From Candidatus Bathyarchaeota archaeon (GTDB taxonomy: Archaea > Thermoproteota > Bathyarchaeia > Bathyarchaeales > Bathycorpusculaceae), in assembly GCA_963733095.1 (NCBI GenBank), contig CAVTBV010000013.1, forward strand, positions 288,001 to 352,000: a stretch of DNA of 64,000 nucleotides, given 5' to 3'. Each line of letters starts with the position of its first letter. Within the stretch, counting starts at the first letter, position 1. The notes under the pieces are model-generated. The model saw nothing but the letters and a program-made list of their open reading frames with translations, did not search any database and was not told where the DNA came from. Shown here one piece after another: positions 10,506 to 20,706 of the stretch. The translations under genes were made by a program, and so were the position numbers.

Positions 10506-10535
10506 ATAGAAGATTATTCCACGGTTTTTTATATA
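10506..10535 (+). promoter_or_regulatory. palindromic operator (ATAGAAGATTATTCCAC) plus TATA box of pilin 2; second site at 10423-10439
   Basis: Shared motif, see pilins 1 and 3. Confidence 0.6.
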
Positions 10536-10603
10536 CCTCCTCAAACTACTTAGCGCTTAACGAACGAATAGTTCATATTTTAAAATTAGGAAGGAAAAAA
10601 ACA

Positions 10604-11878
10604 ATGACAAGAATTAGAAATGTAAGGAATACTATTAAATTCAAACGATCAATCAAAGCAATATCTCCAGTCATCGCAACGCTACTCATGATAGCTATCG
10701 CAGTCGTCGCCTCACTAGTAGTCTACGCTTGGGTAACAGGCTACATAGGCGGCACCACATCTACCGCTGGAAAAGCAATACAAATACAAAGTTTTGCTTC
10801 CGACCCAACTACTGGTAACTTGGTTATCTACGTACAAAACGTAGGCCAAGGTGATGTAGAACTTAACCAAGACCAAAGCGTTTACGTCGACAGCAACTTA
10901 GTATCTATAACTACACCTGCCCAGGTAAAAATCCCAATAACAATAGGGCAAACTGTAGAATTATTAACAGACCATCCCTACACTGCAGGCACCAAAGTCA
11001 CAATCAAAGTAACAACAACCGACGGAACATTCATGACAACAACAGGCACAGGCTCAAGCGGCTCAGCCAATCCGACAACTCCAGTTGTTACGTATGCAGT
11101 TGATTTTATGTTGGGTTCGGGTGGTTTATCAATGAATCCTGCTGATGGCCCCCATAATGTTGGTGGCGATACCGCGATTTCTGCGACTCCAAGTACAGGT
11201 TATCACTTTACTTCTTGGACTAGCACTGGGTCTATCACTTTTGCTGATGCTAGCGCTGCTTCCACTACTGCGACGGTTAGTGGTGCGGGTTCAATAACTG
11301 CAAACTTTGAAGCAGATACAGTCTATTATAATATTGTTGTTACTCAAAATGCTAATGGCGCAATTACTCCTGCTGGAACAACTAGTTATGCCGCTGGCTC
11401 TACTCCAAGCTTCACGATTACGCCCGATTCTAGTTATCACATTGCGTCTATAACTGCTAATGGTAATCCAGTGACTGTGACTACTCCTGCTGGTCAATCC
11501 TATCAGTTTGCTGCTCTTTCTGCTGATGGTACTTTAATTGCAACATTTGCACAAGACACCCCAACTATGCATGTGTCTTCAATAACTATGTCGGTGTATA
11601 GTCCATACAACAATCATGAAAGAGGCAGAGGAATAGTGACGATAGTTGACTCAAGTGGAAACCCTGTTTATGGCGCTACAGTTTACGGTACCTGGACCGG
11701 AACTGGAGCCACAACTGTTAGCGGAACTACCGATTCAAATGGTCACGTTACGCTAGAGTCTAATACTGTAAACTCTGGATATAATACATATACATTGACT
11801 ATTACTAACGTCGTCAAAAGTGGCTGGACTTACGATTCAAGCGCAAACATAATTACTACCAAAAGCGTGTCAGGCTAA
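10604..11878 (+). CDS. archaeal type IV pilin-adhesin 2 with InlB-B/Listeria-Bacteroides-like repeats and Ig-like tip
   Basis: IKA/ISPVIATLLMIAI class III signal; GYHFTSW...ITANF repeat; ITPDSSYHI repeat. Confidence 0.9.
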   Translation: MTRIRNVRNTIKFKRSIKAISPVIATLLMIAIAVVASLVVYAWVTGYIGGTTSTAGKAIQIQSFASDPTTGNLVIYVQNVGQGDVELNQDQSVYVDSNLVSITTPAQVKIPITIGQTVELLTDHPYTAGTKVTIKVTTTDGTFMTTTGTGSSGSANPTTPVVTYAVDFMLGSGGLSMNPADGPHNVGGDTAISATPSTGYHFTSWTSTGSITFADASAASTTATVSGAGSITANFEADTVYYNIVVTQNANGAITPAGTTSYAAGSTPSFTITPDSSYHIASITANGNPVTVTTPAGQSYQFAALSADGTLIATFAQDTPTMHVSSITMSVYSPYNNHERGRGIVTIVDSSGNPVYGATVYGTWTGTGATTVSGTTDSNGHVTLESNTVNSGYNTYTLTITNVVKSGWTYDSSANIITTKSVSG

Positions 11879-12323
11879 ACTCTAACCCTTTTTCTTTTTT
11901 TTTAAAAAACAATTGTGCGCACTGTATCTCTCGATTAGTTTTATGCGGTTTTGTTGATTTGTTATTGTAGTTCATTTAGGTTAGTGCTGATGTTTTTCTC
12001 CATGTTTCTATGTCTTCGGTTATTTCATGTGCGGTGTTGTCAGGCTCAGTTGTTGCTGCCTTTAGTGGTGTATATTTGGATCCTAATATCCAATGTTTGC
12101 ACTTCGCCTATAGAGAGGTAGGTTTGTGTGGTCTATTTGGGGTTCTATTGGGGGTTCTATGTTGAATCTGCAGATGGGTAGTCGTATTGGAGGTTTTTGC
12201 GGACATTAGTATGTTGGAAAATTGTGCCTTTGCGAGGTAGGTGAAATGTGTGGTGACTGGTTTGGTGGTTTGTTTTGTATTTTTCTTAAATAGTTTATCT
12301 CTGTACACATGCACATCATAGAT

Positions 12324-12515
12324 ATGGCAACTAAATCAATCTCCATCACAGAAGAAGCATACAAAGCATTAATCCGTGAAAAGAGAAACAGCGAAAGCTT
12401 CACCCAAACCATGCTTCGAATCACCAAAACGGGCAAACTCCCCGATTCATTTGGCACATGTAAAATGACTGACAAAGAAAAACAGTTTATCTTGGGCGAA
12501 CTATCTGAAGGATAG
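12324..12515 (+). CDS. vapB: VapB-family antitoxin, probably truncated by a TGG>TAG change
   Basis: MATKSISITEEAYKAL...ESFTQTMLR; the reading frame continues plausibly past the TAG. Confidence 0.7.
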   Translation: MATKSISITEEAYKALIREKRNSESFTQTMLRITKTGKLPDSFGTCKMTDKEKQFILGELSEG

Positions 12516-12540
12516 CGCGCAACTCAGGAGAGATTCTCTG

Positions 12541-12927
12541 TTGAAGTCCTTAACATTGACATGTTTATTGCAATCCCTTAAGGAAAATAAGATACATTAA
12601 CCCAGCTGTCAAGATATTGCAAGAAACTAAGGCAGTAATTACCGATGTTAATAATTTGAAATCTTTTATGGTTCAAACAAATCCCAAAACAAAAAAGAAA
12701 ACACTAAAGAAACCGACAAATTAATCGATAAACTAGAGGTAACCCCCCTTTAAAGTCTGTTTCTGCAAGAAAGGCCGCGGAAATATCGGCAAATCTAGCT
12801 GAGATAGGTCAACCAATCGGCTACAGGAAGATGATTACTGCAATTGCCATCGAAAATAGCTTAACGCTCCTCACACGCAACACTACACTTCAACAGAATC
12901 ATAAACCTGAAACTTCAAACATGGTAA
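12541..12927 (+). pseudogene. vapC: VapC PIN-domain toxin pseudogene
   Basis: Fragments in shifting frames (IDMFIAI, FEIFYG, ARKAAEISANLAEIGQPIG, ITAIAIENSLTLLTRN, LKLQTW) interrupted by stops and frameshifts. Confidence 0.8.
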
Positions 12928-12988
12928 ACGCTCAAACAAACACCTCAAAAATCAAAGCTAACTTGTAAATAGCGTCATTTCTACTTTA

Positions 12989-13387
12989 TTATAATGGTTC
13001 AATTGTGACTTCGGAAACGTAACCTTCAAGATTTGGTTTGTCATGTTTTATGATAGCCAAGATTAGTTTGGGAACCATTATGCGTCCATCTCTGTTGATT
13101 CTGGCGACAAAGCTCTCTTGGCTACTCCATAGAGCCAAAACGCTAACTCTGACTTTTAGAATCTCGGATGTTTTAAGCTTGAACCGCCAGCGAATCAACT
13201 TGGGTACCTGTAAGCGGTTTCCCTTCTGAAGCTTACTTTTAAAGCTAACTCTTTCAGTTAATGGCAATAAACCGCCCATCCTCCTAATCCGGACGCTTTT
13301 TGACGCATATCGACAAAATAAGACGCATCCTGTAAACAAATTAAGCTTTGCACAAAAAAAGCAACCCAAAATAAGCCTTTTTTGCAC
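12989..13387 (-). CDS. tandem AbrB/MazE/SpoVT-type DNA-binding protein (real start probably ~13262-13280)
   Basis: Duplicated AbrB motifs FKSKLQKGNRLQVPKLIR and FVARINRDGRIMVPKL. Confidence 0.75.
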   Translation of the reverse strand: MQKRLILGCFFCAKLNLFTGCVLFCRYASKSVRIRRMGGLLPLTERVSFKSKLQKGNRLQVPKLIRWRFKLKTSEILKVRVSVLALWSSQESFVARINRDGRIMVPKLILAIIKHDKPNLEGYVSEVTIEPL

Positions 13388-13958
13388 AAAAAACTCATTG
13401 TTGTTCTTTTGAAGACAAAAACAAAACTCAGCCTCTTACTGGCTAAGAAAAAGGAGCATACAACTCTGATGATGCTGTTCTAGGGCGTTTGGGTGCTGGG
13501 GAAGTATACGAAGTGGTCAAAGAAAGTGGTAAATTTTAGGGCGATACCGACATATTTGAAGAAGTCTGTTCCGAAACGCCAAACAAAGGCAACTTTGCAA
13601 AAAGGTCGATAAAACTACCGCATAAGAGAAGAAGAAAGTTGAAAAATTTGCGCTTCTTCTTCTACCAGTTAACTGTTGTCTCGCGGATACATAATTCACT
13701 TAAGTTGAAACAAAAAAATACATTTAGAGAAGATCGATTTTTTCTTCCTTAAACAAAATATCAAAGAGATTTTGCTGTTACTTAAACGTCAGCTAATAAT
13801 CAACAATATTGTTTTGGTTATATTCCAATTAATTGTATGAAAAAATAGCAGCTAACGTTTTCGTTAGTGATTAAATGCAGTCACAATGCTATATGTAGCA
13901 TGACCTTGTTCCTTCACTTGCCATAGTCAAGTCAATAGATTGTAGATGTAAAGGTCGA

Positions 13959-14534
13959 ATGAGAGATACAATTAATACACTTATTGAGGCGGGCTCTTTC
14001 AAGATGCTCGTCTCAGCAGTCCAAGCAACCGAACTAGCAGACCTTCTTAGAGGCGCAGGCAACTTTACGGTTTTTGCTCCGGATGATGAAGCTTTTTCTA
14101 AAATGCCTAAAGACACACTTGACCTTCTAAAAAACGTACCAAAGTTAAGTGCCATTGTAATGTATCATGTTGTTGCAGGAAAGCTGACAACCGACCAAAT
14201 CAGTCAAATGGATGCTGCCAAAACAATCCAAGGCCAAGAAATCAAAATCTGCTCACACAAATGGCGCCTCCATAATAAACCGAAAATCAACGACGCAAAC
14301 ATGACTGATGCTGATATAGAGACAGACAACGGAATGATTCATGCTTTGGACAAAGTTCTTACGCCAAATATAGCGCTAACGTGCTCCGTTTGCGGAATGG
14401 GTTTCGAAACAATGGATGCTTTGACTTTTCACACAAAAAGGATTCACATGGAAGAAAGCACAACGAAGCCAATGTCGATTGTTGAGGCTAAGTCGACTGT
14501 TGAAGGAAACCCGATGCAAATGTCAGCTAGGTGA
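13959..14534 (+). CDS. cytoplasmic fasciclin (FAS1) domain protein with C2H2 zinc finger
   Basis: FTVFAPDDEAF, YHVV and DIETDNGMIHALDKVL motifs; CSVC...HTKRIH; no signal peptide. Confidence 0.9.
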   Translation: MRDTINTLIEAGSFKMLVSAVQATELADLLRGAGNFTVFAPDDEAFSKMPKDTLDLLKNVPKLSAIVMYHVVAGKLTTDQISQMDAAKTIQGQEIKICSHKWRLHNKPKINDANMTDADIETDNGMIHALDKVLTPNIALTCSVCGMGFETMDALTFHTKRIHMEESTTKPMSIVEAKSTVEGNPMQMSAR

Positions 14535-14552
14535 TCTCAAGATATACCGTCA

Positions 14553-14669
14553 ATGGGCGTAGAGCCCAATCAGATTCCCTGTCCAGTTTGCGGAAAAACC
14601 TTCAAGACATCTCCTGAAATGGAGAGACATATGGATGCGGCTCACCATGAATCAAAAGGACACGAATGA
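14553..14669 (+). CDS. small C2H2 zinc-finger ORF in frame with the fasciclin gene beyond its TGA
   Basis: Hand translation MGVEPNQIPCPVCGKTFKTSPEMERHMDAAHHESKGHE. Confidence 0.65.
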   Translation: MGVEPNQIPCPVCGKTFKTSPEMERHMDAAHHESKGHE

Positions 14670-14963
14670 GATGTAGCATACTTAGCTTAGAAGGAAATTA
14701 TTTGTACCTAATTTGAATTGTTCTTTTCCTAATTTTTTTCTTCTTCATTAGCTAATTCTGTTTTTCAATCAGTTGTAGGAAGTTTTCTGGGCGTAGCATG
14801 ATATTGGTTGTTGAAGTAGTCGTCGATTTTCTTGATATGCTTGGCTTCGAAGAGCTAAATGGACCAAAACTAAATTGCTCCAAATGAGACACTAATTAAA
14901 ATATTTGTAACGTAAAAGTCGAAACACATAAAAATCGTTCCCAATAAAAAGAACCTCTTAAAG

Positions 14964-15311
14964 GTGACTAAAATTAACTTCTGTCCGCAATGTGGGGGAT
15001 TGCTCAAATTAGTAAACAAGAATTCTCCTTACCTTAAATGTCCAAAATGCAAACACCAAGAACCGCTGAAAAAGGAACAGCTAAAACAAAAAATAAGACT
15101 ACAAAATAGGAATGGGGCAGAAATCGCTGTGATAGGTAAAGATGAAGAATTATCGTTAAGGTCGTTGCCGACGGTTAACGTGGTTTGTCCATCTTGTGGT
15201 AACAAGGGAAGTGAAGTTTGGAATATTGAAACTGCTGATGAAAACATCCATTCAACAATTACGTTCTTTAGATGCCTAAAATGTAAAACCACCCGAAGAG
15301 AAGTTGGATAA
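14964..15311 (+). CDS. transcription factor S (TFS/RpoM)-like paralog
   Basis: Two Zn ribbons FCPQCG...CPKC and CPSCG...FFRCLKC; acidic hairpin ETADE. Confidence 0.85.
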   Translation: MTKINFCPQCGGLLKLVNKNSPYLKCPKCKHQEPLKKEQLKQKIRLQNRNGAEIAVIGKDEELSLRSLPTVNVVCPSCGNKGSEVWNIETADENIHSTITFFRCLKCKTTRREVG

Positions 15312-15603
15312 ACAAACAACAAACATCGCCTCGTCAGCCCAAAAAACCGCAAGCCAAGAATTGTATTAACGTAAATTTTCGGATTCCAACTAACATGTGC
15401 ACAGTTGAAAAAAGGGCTATTGACGCTGTGTCTCTAAATCCTATCGTTATCGTTTGAATTGCGAAGAAGGGAAGAGAGACAATTGGCCCATTACCAACTC
15501 CAGTTATTGTAGGATCACAAGTTCCTGTAATTGTTGGAGTGTAATATGAGCCAAAGTAAGTCTGCGAGTTCAGTAATCCCTATTACATTTACCGTAAAAA
15601 TGA

Positions 15604-16599
15604 CTAATACATTCTCTGGGGTGAAACAATGTTGAGAAGTGACTGCCCACTAATCAAGCGTTTAATATTTTCAGCGGTAACTTCGATGCCTCTAGCCATT
15701 GATTCTTCTGATACCCCTGATATGTGAGGGGTCAAAATGACATTATTCAATGAAGCAAATGACTTGTTTTGTGATTCGTCAAGAACATCTATTGCTGCTC
15801 CTGAGATTGAACCTCTTTTTAATGCTGACAATAGAGCTTGATCGTCTACAATTCCTCCTCTGGACGAATTAATTAGGTAAGCCGTTGGCTTCATTGCTTC
15901 AAGTTCTTTTTCTCCAAAAAAACCTCGGGTTTCTTTGGTAAGCGGAAGATTGATGCTTACAAAGTCACTTTTTTGCAATATGTCCGGAAGGTCTTTTTGG
16001 GTTCCAATAAATTCAACGTTTAGATCTTGGGTAGTTGGAGTCGTGCGTTTAATTGCTAAAACCTTCATTCCGAAAGCTCTTGCTCGAATAGCTATCTGTT
16101 GTCCTATCGAGCCATACCCTACAATCGATAAGACTTTTCCAGTCAACTCTTTGCCCTGAAAAAATTCATTCTTAAAATTTTCTCCACCCAAAATGTGGTC
16201 ATTCACCCTGCTGAGTAATTTTTTTGGGTTTTGCCTGGTTTTGATGTTATTAGCATATAATTTTCTAGCAAGAAGCAAAATCATGCATAACGTATATTCA
16301 GCAACAGTTGATGAATTATAACTAGCTAAGTTTGAAATCTTTATTCCCCGTTGATACGCAAATGGCACATCAATTTCGTCTATGCCCACTCCCCAGCACT
16401 GAATTAATCTAAGCGCTTTTCCGTTTTCAATAATTTTTCTTGTCGCAAGCCAACTAACAAGAACATCGGCATCTGAAACCTGAGCAAGAATTGACTGTTC
16501 ATTATAATCGGAAAATGCCTTAATTTTGCAATCTGAACTAACTTTCTTTGCAAGAGACGCAGCAATATTTTTTGAACAAAGTATTTTACAAGTCATCAT
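15604..16599 (-). CDS. D-isomer-specific 2-hydroxyacid dehydrogenase
   Basis: IVGYGSIG Rossmann motif, LINSSRG, AAIDV, ILTPHISG. Confidence 0.92.
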   Translation of the reverse strand: MMTCKILCSKNIAASLAKKVSSDCKIKAFSDYNEQSILAQVSDADVLVSWLATRKIIENGKALRLIQCWGVGIDEIDVPFAYQRGIKISNLASYNSSTVAEYTLCMILLLARKLYANNIKTRQNPKKLLSRVNDHILGGENFKNEFFQGKELTGKVLSIVGYGSIGQQIAIRARAFGMKVLAIKRTTPTTQDLNVEFIGTQKDLPDILQKSDFVSINLPLTKETRGFFGEKELEAMKPTAYLINSSRGGIVDDQALLSALKRGSISGAAIDVLDESQNKSFASLNNVILTPHISGVSEESMARGIEVTAENIKRLISGQSLLNIVSPQRMY

Positions 16600-16932
16600 T
16601 ACACTCTAATTTTTACTTTGATATATTAATTTTCATTGCTGGCTTGAAATTAACTAAGCTTGATAAGGGATAGGAAACTATTTTGAACAGCAAGATGGAA
16701 AATAGGTTCTAAAATTTTTCAGTTCGTCGATAATAAAATTATTTGCTGCCCGGGATTAAGAACCACGCTAAAAAGCTTTTTACAATCTACCCTCTAATTT
16801 GTTGCAGATAAAGTTGAAACATGAATTATCGGCGGCATCATCTAATTATTTTTGGTTGTAACATATTTGACTGCCAAAACTTAAATAACAAAAGTAAACG
16901 ATAGGTCGAATATTAAGAGCGCCTGGTAAACT

Positions 16933-18243
16933 GTGAAACCTTCAGAAATGTTAAGGGCAAGTAGTGTAGTAGGTAATGTGCCATTTATAATTCTAAACTG
17001 GAAACACACCCAGCATCTTAATGCTCACCAGATCAAAGATCTTCAAAACAAGAAACTACGCGCAATAATTAAGCACAGCTACAATCATGTTCCATACTAT
17101 CATACACTATTCAAAAAATCAAACCTTTCTCCTGATGACATAAAAACTTCTGAAGACCTGAAAAAAGTGCCAATAACAAAAAAAACCGACATCAGGGGAT
17201 TGCCAATCAATGATATTACGGCAGACAACTTTGTTTTAACCGATTGTGAGAAACGATTTACTTCAGGATCGTCCGGAATTCCCTTAACATGTTACCGTGA
17301 CGGAAAAGGATTCCTCAAAAGGTGTTTTGACGAATACCTCTTTCACAACGGCCACGGAGCAAAATTTAGCGATAACCGCGTCTTAATGGGTGGAATTGTT
17401 CCGCTTCCTCCAAACGTCCTTCAAAGATTTGGGTTGCTCAGGACAAAAGAAGTTTCTCCATTAAAGCCTCCAAGCGAACAACTTAAAATCATAAAAGACA
17501 CAAAAGCCAAGATTCTTCTTACAAACCCGTCAAGTGCATTAGCCATTTCCAAAGAAGCCAAGGAAAAGGATATAAAATGCGTAGAGCTGGCATTAATTTT
17601 TACAGTTGGGGAACGGTTGGACAATAGTTCACGTGGCTTCATAGAAGAAACTTTCAACGCAAAAGTAATTGACCAATATGGAGCAACAGAGGTCGGGAAA
17701 ATAAGCAGGGAGTGCATTGAGCATAATTATCACCTCCACCAAGACGTGTTGGTTCAATCTACCAAAGAAGACGAAACGCTTGTTGCTGGAGAAGAGGGGG
17801 AAATTACCGTAACTAATTTAGTCAATTTCGTTCAGCCATCCATAAGGTATAACCTTGAAGATTCCGGCGTAGTCTTGACTGACGAATGTAGTTGCGATCT
17901 TCATTATCCTTTAATGAGATTGACAGCTGGCAGAGCTATTGATGTCATTAATCTCCCAAATGGCCGCTCCATCTCAGCACTCGAAGTAAACGATTTTCTA
18001 AGTCTTCGACCCATTGAGCTCAGACAGTATCAAGTAATTCAAGAAGCTTTGAACAAGTTAACAGTGAAAGTGGTTAAGGGTAAGGGCTTCGAAGACAATA
18101 CAGTATTAGAAATTGAGCAGACTTATAGACAAAATCTTGGTTCAGAAATGCAAGTTAATGTGTTAATTGTCGATGATATTCCACGTGAAAAATCGGGGAA
18201 ATTCAAACTATTCAAGAACAATTACATAAAAAAAGCAAGCTGA
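16933..18243 (+). CDS. phenylacetate-CoA ligase/CapK-like adenylate-forming enzyme
   Basis: HVPYY, TSGSSG P-loop, YGATEVG, IRYNLED, GR..D, IPREKSGKFK. Confidence 0.88.
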   Translation: MKPSEMLRASSVVGNVPFIILNWKHTQHLNAHQIKDLQNKKLRAIIKHSYNHVPYYHTLFKKSNLSPDDIKTSEDLKKVPITKKTDIRGLPINDITADNFVLTDCEKRFTSGSSGIPLTCYRDGKGFLKRCFDEYLFHNGHGAKFSDNRVLMGGIVPLPPNVLQRFGLLRTKEVSPLKPPSEQLKIIKDTKAKILLTNPSSALAISKEAKEKDIKCVELALIFTVGERLDNSSRGFIEETFNAKVIDQYGATEVGKISRECIEHNYHLHQDVLVQSTKEDETLVAGEEGEITVTNLVNFVQPSIRYNLEDSGVVLTDECSCDLHYPLMRLTAGRAIDVINLPNGRSISALEVNDFLSLRPIELRQYQVIQEALNKLTVKVVKGKGFEDNTVLEIEQTYRQNLGSEMQVNVLIVDDIPREKSGKFKLFKNNYIKKAS

Positions 18244-18284
18244 AAGTTTTTTCAAATATTGAGAATATTACGAATACAGAAATA

Positions 18285-19400
18285 TTGCTTATTAAGAGAT
18301 CTGACAACCCATTTCCTATGAGAGTACTTGAGATTAACAATTATTCAGATTTACTGGATCTTAAGACAGAATGGACGTCTTTACTAGAAAAGTCCCCTCA
18401 TAATATTTTTTCAACTTGGGAATGGAATTCGATTTGGTGGAAGCACTTCGGAGATGATAAAAAACTCCTTGTACTAGTGGCACAGGAAGAAGACAAGGTC
18501 GTTGGCATAGCACCACTTATGTATTCGGTTAAATCTGTTTTCGGTGCAAGACAAGGAAAGATAGAAGCTATAGGAACCCCTCAGGCTGATTACCATAATT
18601 TTTTAATATCGACTAACAAAGAAAAATGCTTTCAATCTTTTCTCGAATATTTGAACGGGGTTCCGGAGAAATGGGATTGCATTGAATTAACAGACGTTCC
18701 CCAAGATGCCGAATGCCTACTTACACTTAGGCAAGTTTCAGAGAAAATTAAAGCCATGGAAAATTGTCCATATTTGGTTTTGCCAAATTCATTCGAAACT
18801 TTTATGGAAAGCCTCAGCTACAAAAAGAGAAAGTATGTAAGAAGAGGTATGCGGAAGCTTGAATCCAGTTTTAACGTCGAATTGAAAGATTGCTCTCAAG
18901 TTGAAAGTTATCGAGAAGGAATGCAGTGTCTGTTTGATCTTCACCAAAAAGAGTGGAAAATGGTAGGTCAAACTGGGGTATTTTTAGAAAATAGTGTTCG
19001 CAATTTTCACTTAGACATTGCTGAGGCTTTCTCGAAGAAAGGTTGGCTTTGCCTACACACTCTCAAACTATCTGATGTTCCTGTAGCGGTCGAATATGGT
19101 TTTAGATATGGCCCTAAATACTATGCATACTTACCTGGTTTAGACCCAGAATATCGACAATATAGTGTAGGAAATATGTTGTTCGTCAAAATAATCCAGA
19201 AACTGATAAAAGACAACGTTGCAGTCTATGATTTCTTAAGGGGCGCAGAGGAATACAAGTATTATTGGAATGCAATATCAAAACTTAACTATAAAATAGT
19301 AATAAATAAACCTGGAGCAACATCAAAAATGCGAAATTGGTATCTCAACAACTATTTCTCTCTTGGAAATAAATTGAATTATCTGATTAACCTAAAATAA
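18285..19400 (+). CDS. GNAT-family CelD/BcsL-like acyltransferase
   Basis: IFSTWEW..WW..F, VGIAPL, YSVGNML, YDFLRGAEEYKYYW. Confidence 0.88.
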   Translation: MLIKRSDNPFPMRVLEINNYSDLLDLKTEWTSLLEKSPHNIFSTWEWNSIWWKHFGDDKKLLVLVAQEEDKVVGIAPLMYSVKSVFGARQGKIEAIGTPQADYHNFLISTNKEKCFQSFLEYLNGVPEKWDCIELTDVPQDAECLLTLRQVSEKIKAMENCPYLVLPNSFETFMESLSYKKRKYVRRGMRKLESSFNVELKDCSQVESYREGMQCLFDLHQKEWKMVGQTGVFLENSVRNFHLDIAEAFSKKGWLCLHTLKLSDVPVAVEYGFRYGPKYYAYLPGLDPEYRQYSVGNMLFVKIIQKLIKDNVAVYDFLRGAEEYKYYWNAISKLNYKIVINKPGATSKMRNWYLNNYFSLGNKLNYLINLK

Positions 19401-19605
19401 CACTTTTGGACAAGGAAAAGCTGTCAAATGTTCTAATCAAAATCGTTGAAACATCACCACCTTATGAATGTACAAGCGCTTCTCACCAGTTTTATTCACA
19501 AAACCTATTATTTTTTAAAAACATACAATTTTGTTTATCCTACATTTACTTGCCTTTCCACTATCAGATATGAAAACCTTGACAACAAATTTTCTTAATT
19601 AAGTT

Positions 19606-20706
19606 CTAAGCGAAAAACCGCGAATGTATATCTCGTATTCGCAACTTCTGGAAAAGGTAATAACCTAAGGAAAAGTTTCTTGCAATTATTTTAAACTTAA
19701 CCCGCGAGAAAGTTAGCGGATGCCAGTTCGCCATAAAAGGGAGATCCGTCAAGAAATCAATCTTTTGAATATCTCCTTGGCCAAAAAGATCTTGAAGTGC
19801 AGCATTCATGATGTAAAATCCAGGACTGAGTTTGCCAAACTCATTAACATAGGAAGTTTTCGCTAAAATCGCGGTTCCCTTATGACACATCGCTAGTGCA
19901 TACGCAACGGGTTCATTGTTTAATTCTAGCATCCAAATCATTGCCCTGAATTCAGGATTTGTTCTTGTCAAAATACGTGAGGCACTCCAAATTGCTTCTA
20001 AATCTTGATCTTTGATGTTTCCAGAGTGTAGTCGCCAACCTTCTTTCCAACTATTTTTCTCTATCTCATGTATCTTGTCTAGAGTTTGGTCTGCAGTTTG
20101 ATCGTCGTCAGTAGTCAGGGTAAATGTTATTTTCCATTCACCTAGAAGACTCAAACGGCGTTCTTTCTTTTTGATGGTATGTCTGTATTTTCGGCTAAGC
20201 GCTTTTTGGTAATCAATCCAGGGGCAATTTACTGGAATAATACAATGATTCATAGTTTGTTCAGTGGATTCAAGAAAAGAGATTCTGCTTGAACGACAAA
20301 TTTGTTTTAGTATTTCCAAGTTTTTTGATTCGGCGGGTAAGGTCAAATTTACCATTTTACAGCGAATTTTCTTTAAGAGAACAAAAAGGACACTTTTTAG
20401 GGCATCCTCTCGGTGTTCCTCTCTGGATATTATATCTGGAGAACCTGTAGGTTTGAGAAGTGAAGTGACTTCTCGAAACCCAAACCGTTGTTTTAACAAT
20501 AGTGGTGCCAAACCTATTATTTCGTCACTATGCTTGACCACCAAAATCAACGGACTTGAATCATTAGGAATATTTTTCATTTTGTTTTTAAGGAACGGGT
20601 ATAGCAGAAACGGAGTCGACGTGTAGTTATCTAAGAAAGCAGTCAAGTCATTTTCTAAAGACTCCATTCTTTCTACGCGTGTAATCAATTCTGTTGTTGT
20701 CCTCAC
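19606..20706 (-). CDS. GNAT-family CelD/BcsL-like acyltransferase (second copy)
   Basis: IIGLAPL, IEKNSWK, KTSYVNEFGKLSPG, KIDFL. Confidence 0.82.
   Translation of the reverse strand: MRTTTELITRVERMESLENDLTAFLDNYTSTPFLLYPFLKNKMKNIPNDSSPLILVVKHSDEIIGLAPLLLKQRFGFREVTSLLKPTGSPDIISREEHREDALKSVLFVLLKKIRCKMVNLTLPAESKNLEILKQICRSSRISFLESTEQTMNHCIIPVNCPWIDYQKALSRKYRHTIKKKERRLSLLGEWKITFTLTTDDDQTADQTLDKIHEIEKNSWKEGWRLHSGNIKDQDLEAIWSASRILTRTNPEFRAMIWMLELNNEPVAYALAMCHKGTAILAKTSYVNEFGKLSPGFYIMNAALQDLFGQGDIQKIDFLTDLPFMANWHPLTFSRVKFKIIARNFSLGYYLFQKLRIRDIHSRFFA

Noticed and set aside
14532-14534. Selenocysteine recoding of the in-frame TGA
   Set aside because: The codon lies in a linker, not at a Cys-equivalent position, and no SECIS-like hairpin was recognised
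16933-18243. Phenylacetate catabolism (paaK)
   Set aside because: Context with CelD/BcsL GNATs fits the CapK-like branch; no paa/pad genes nearby
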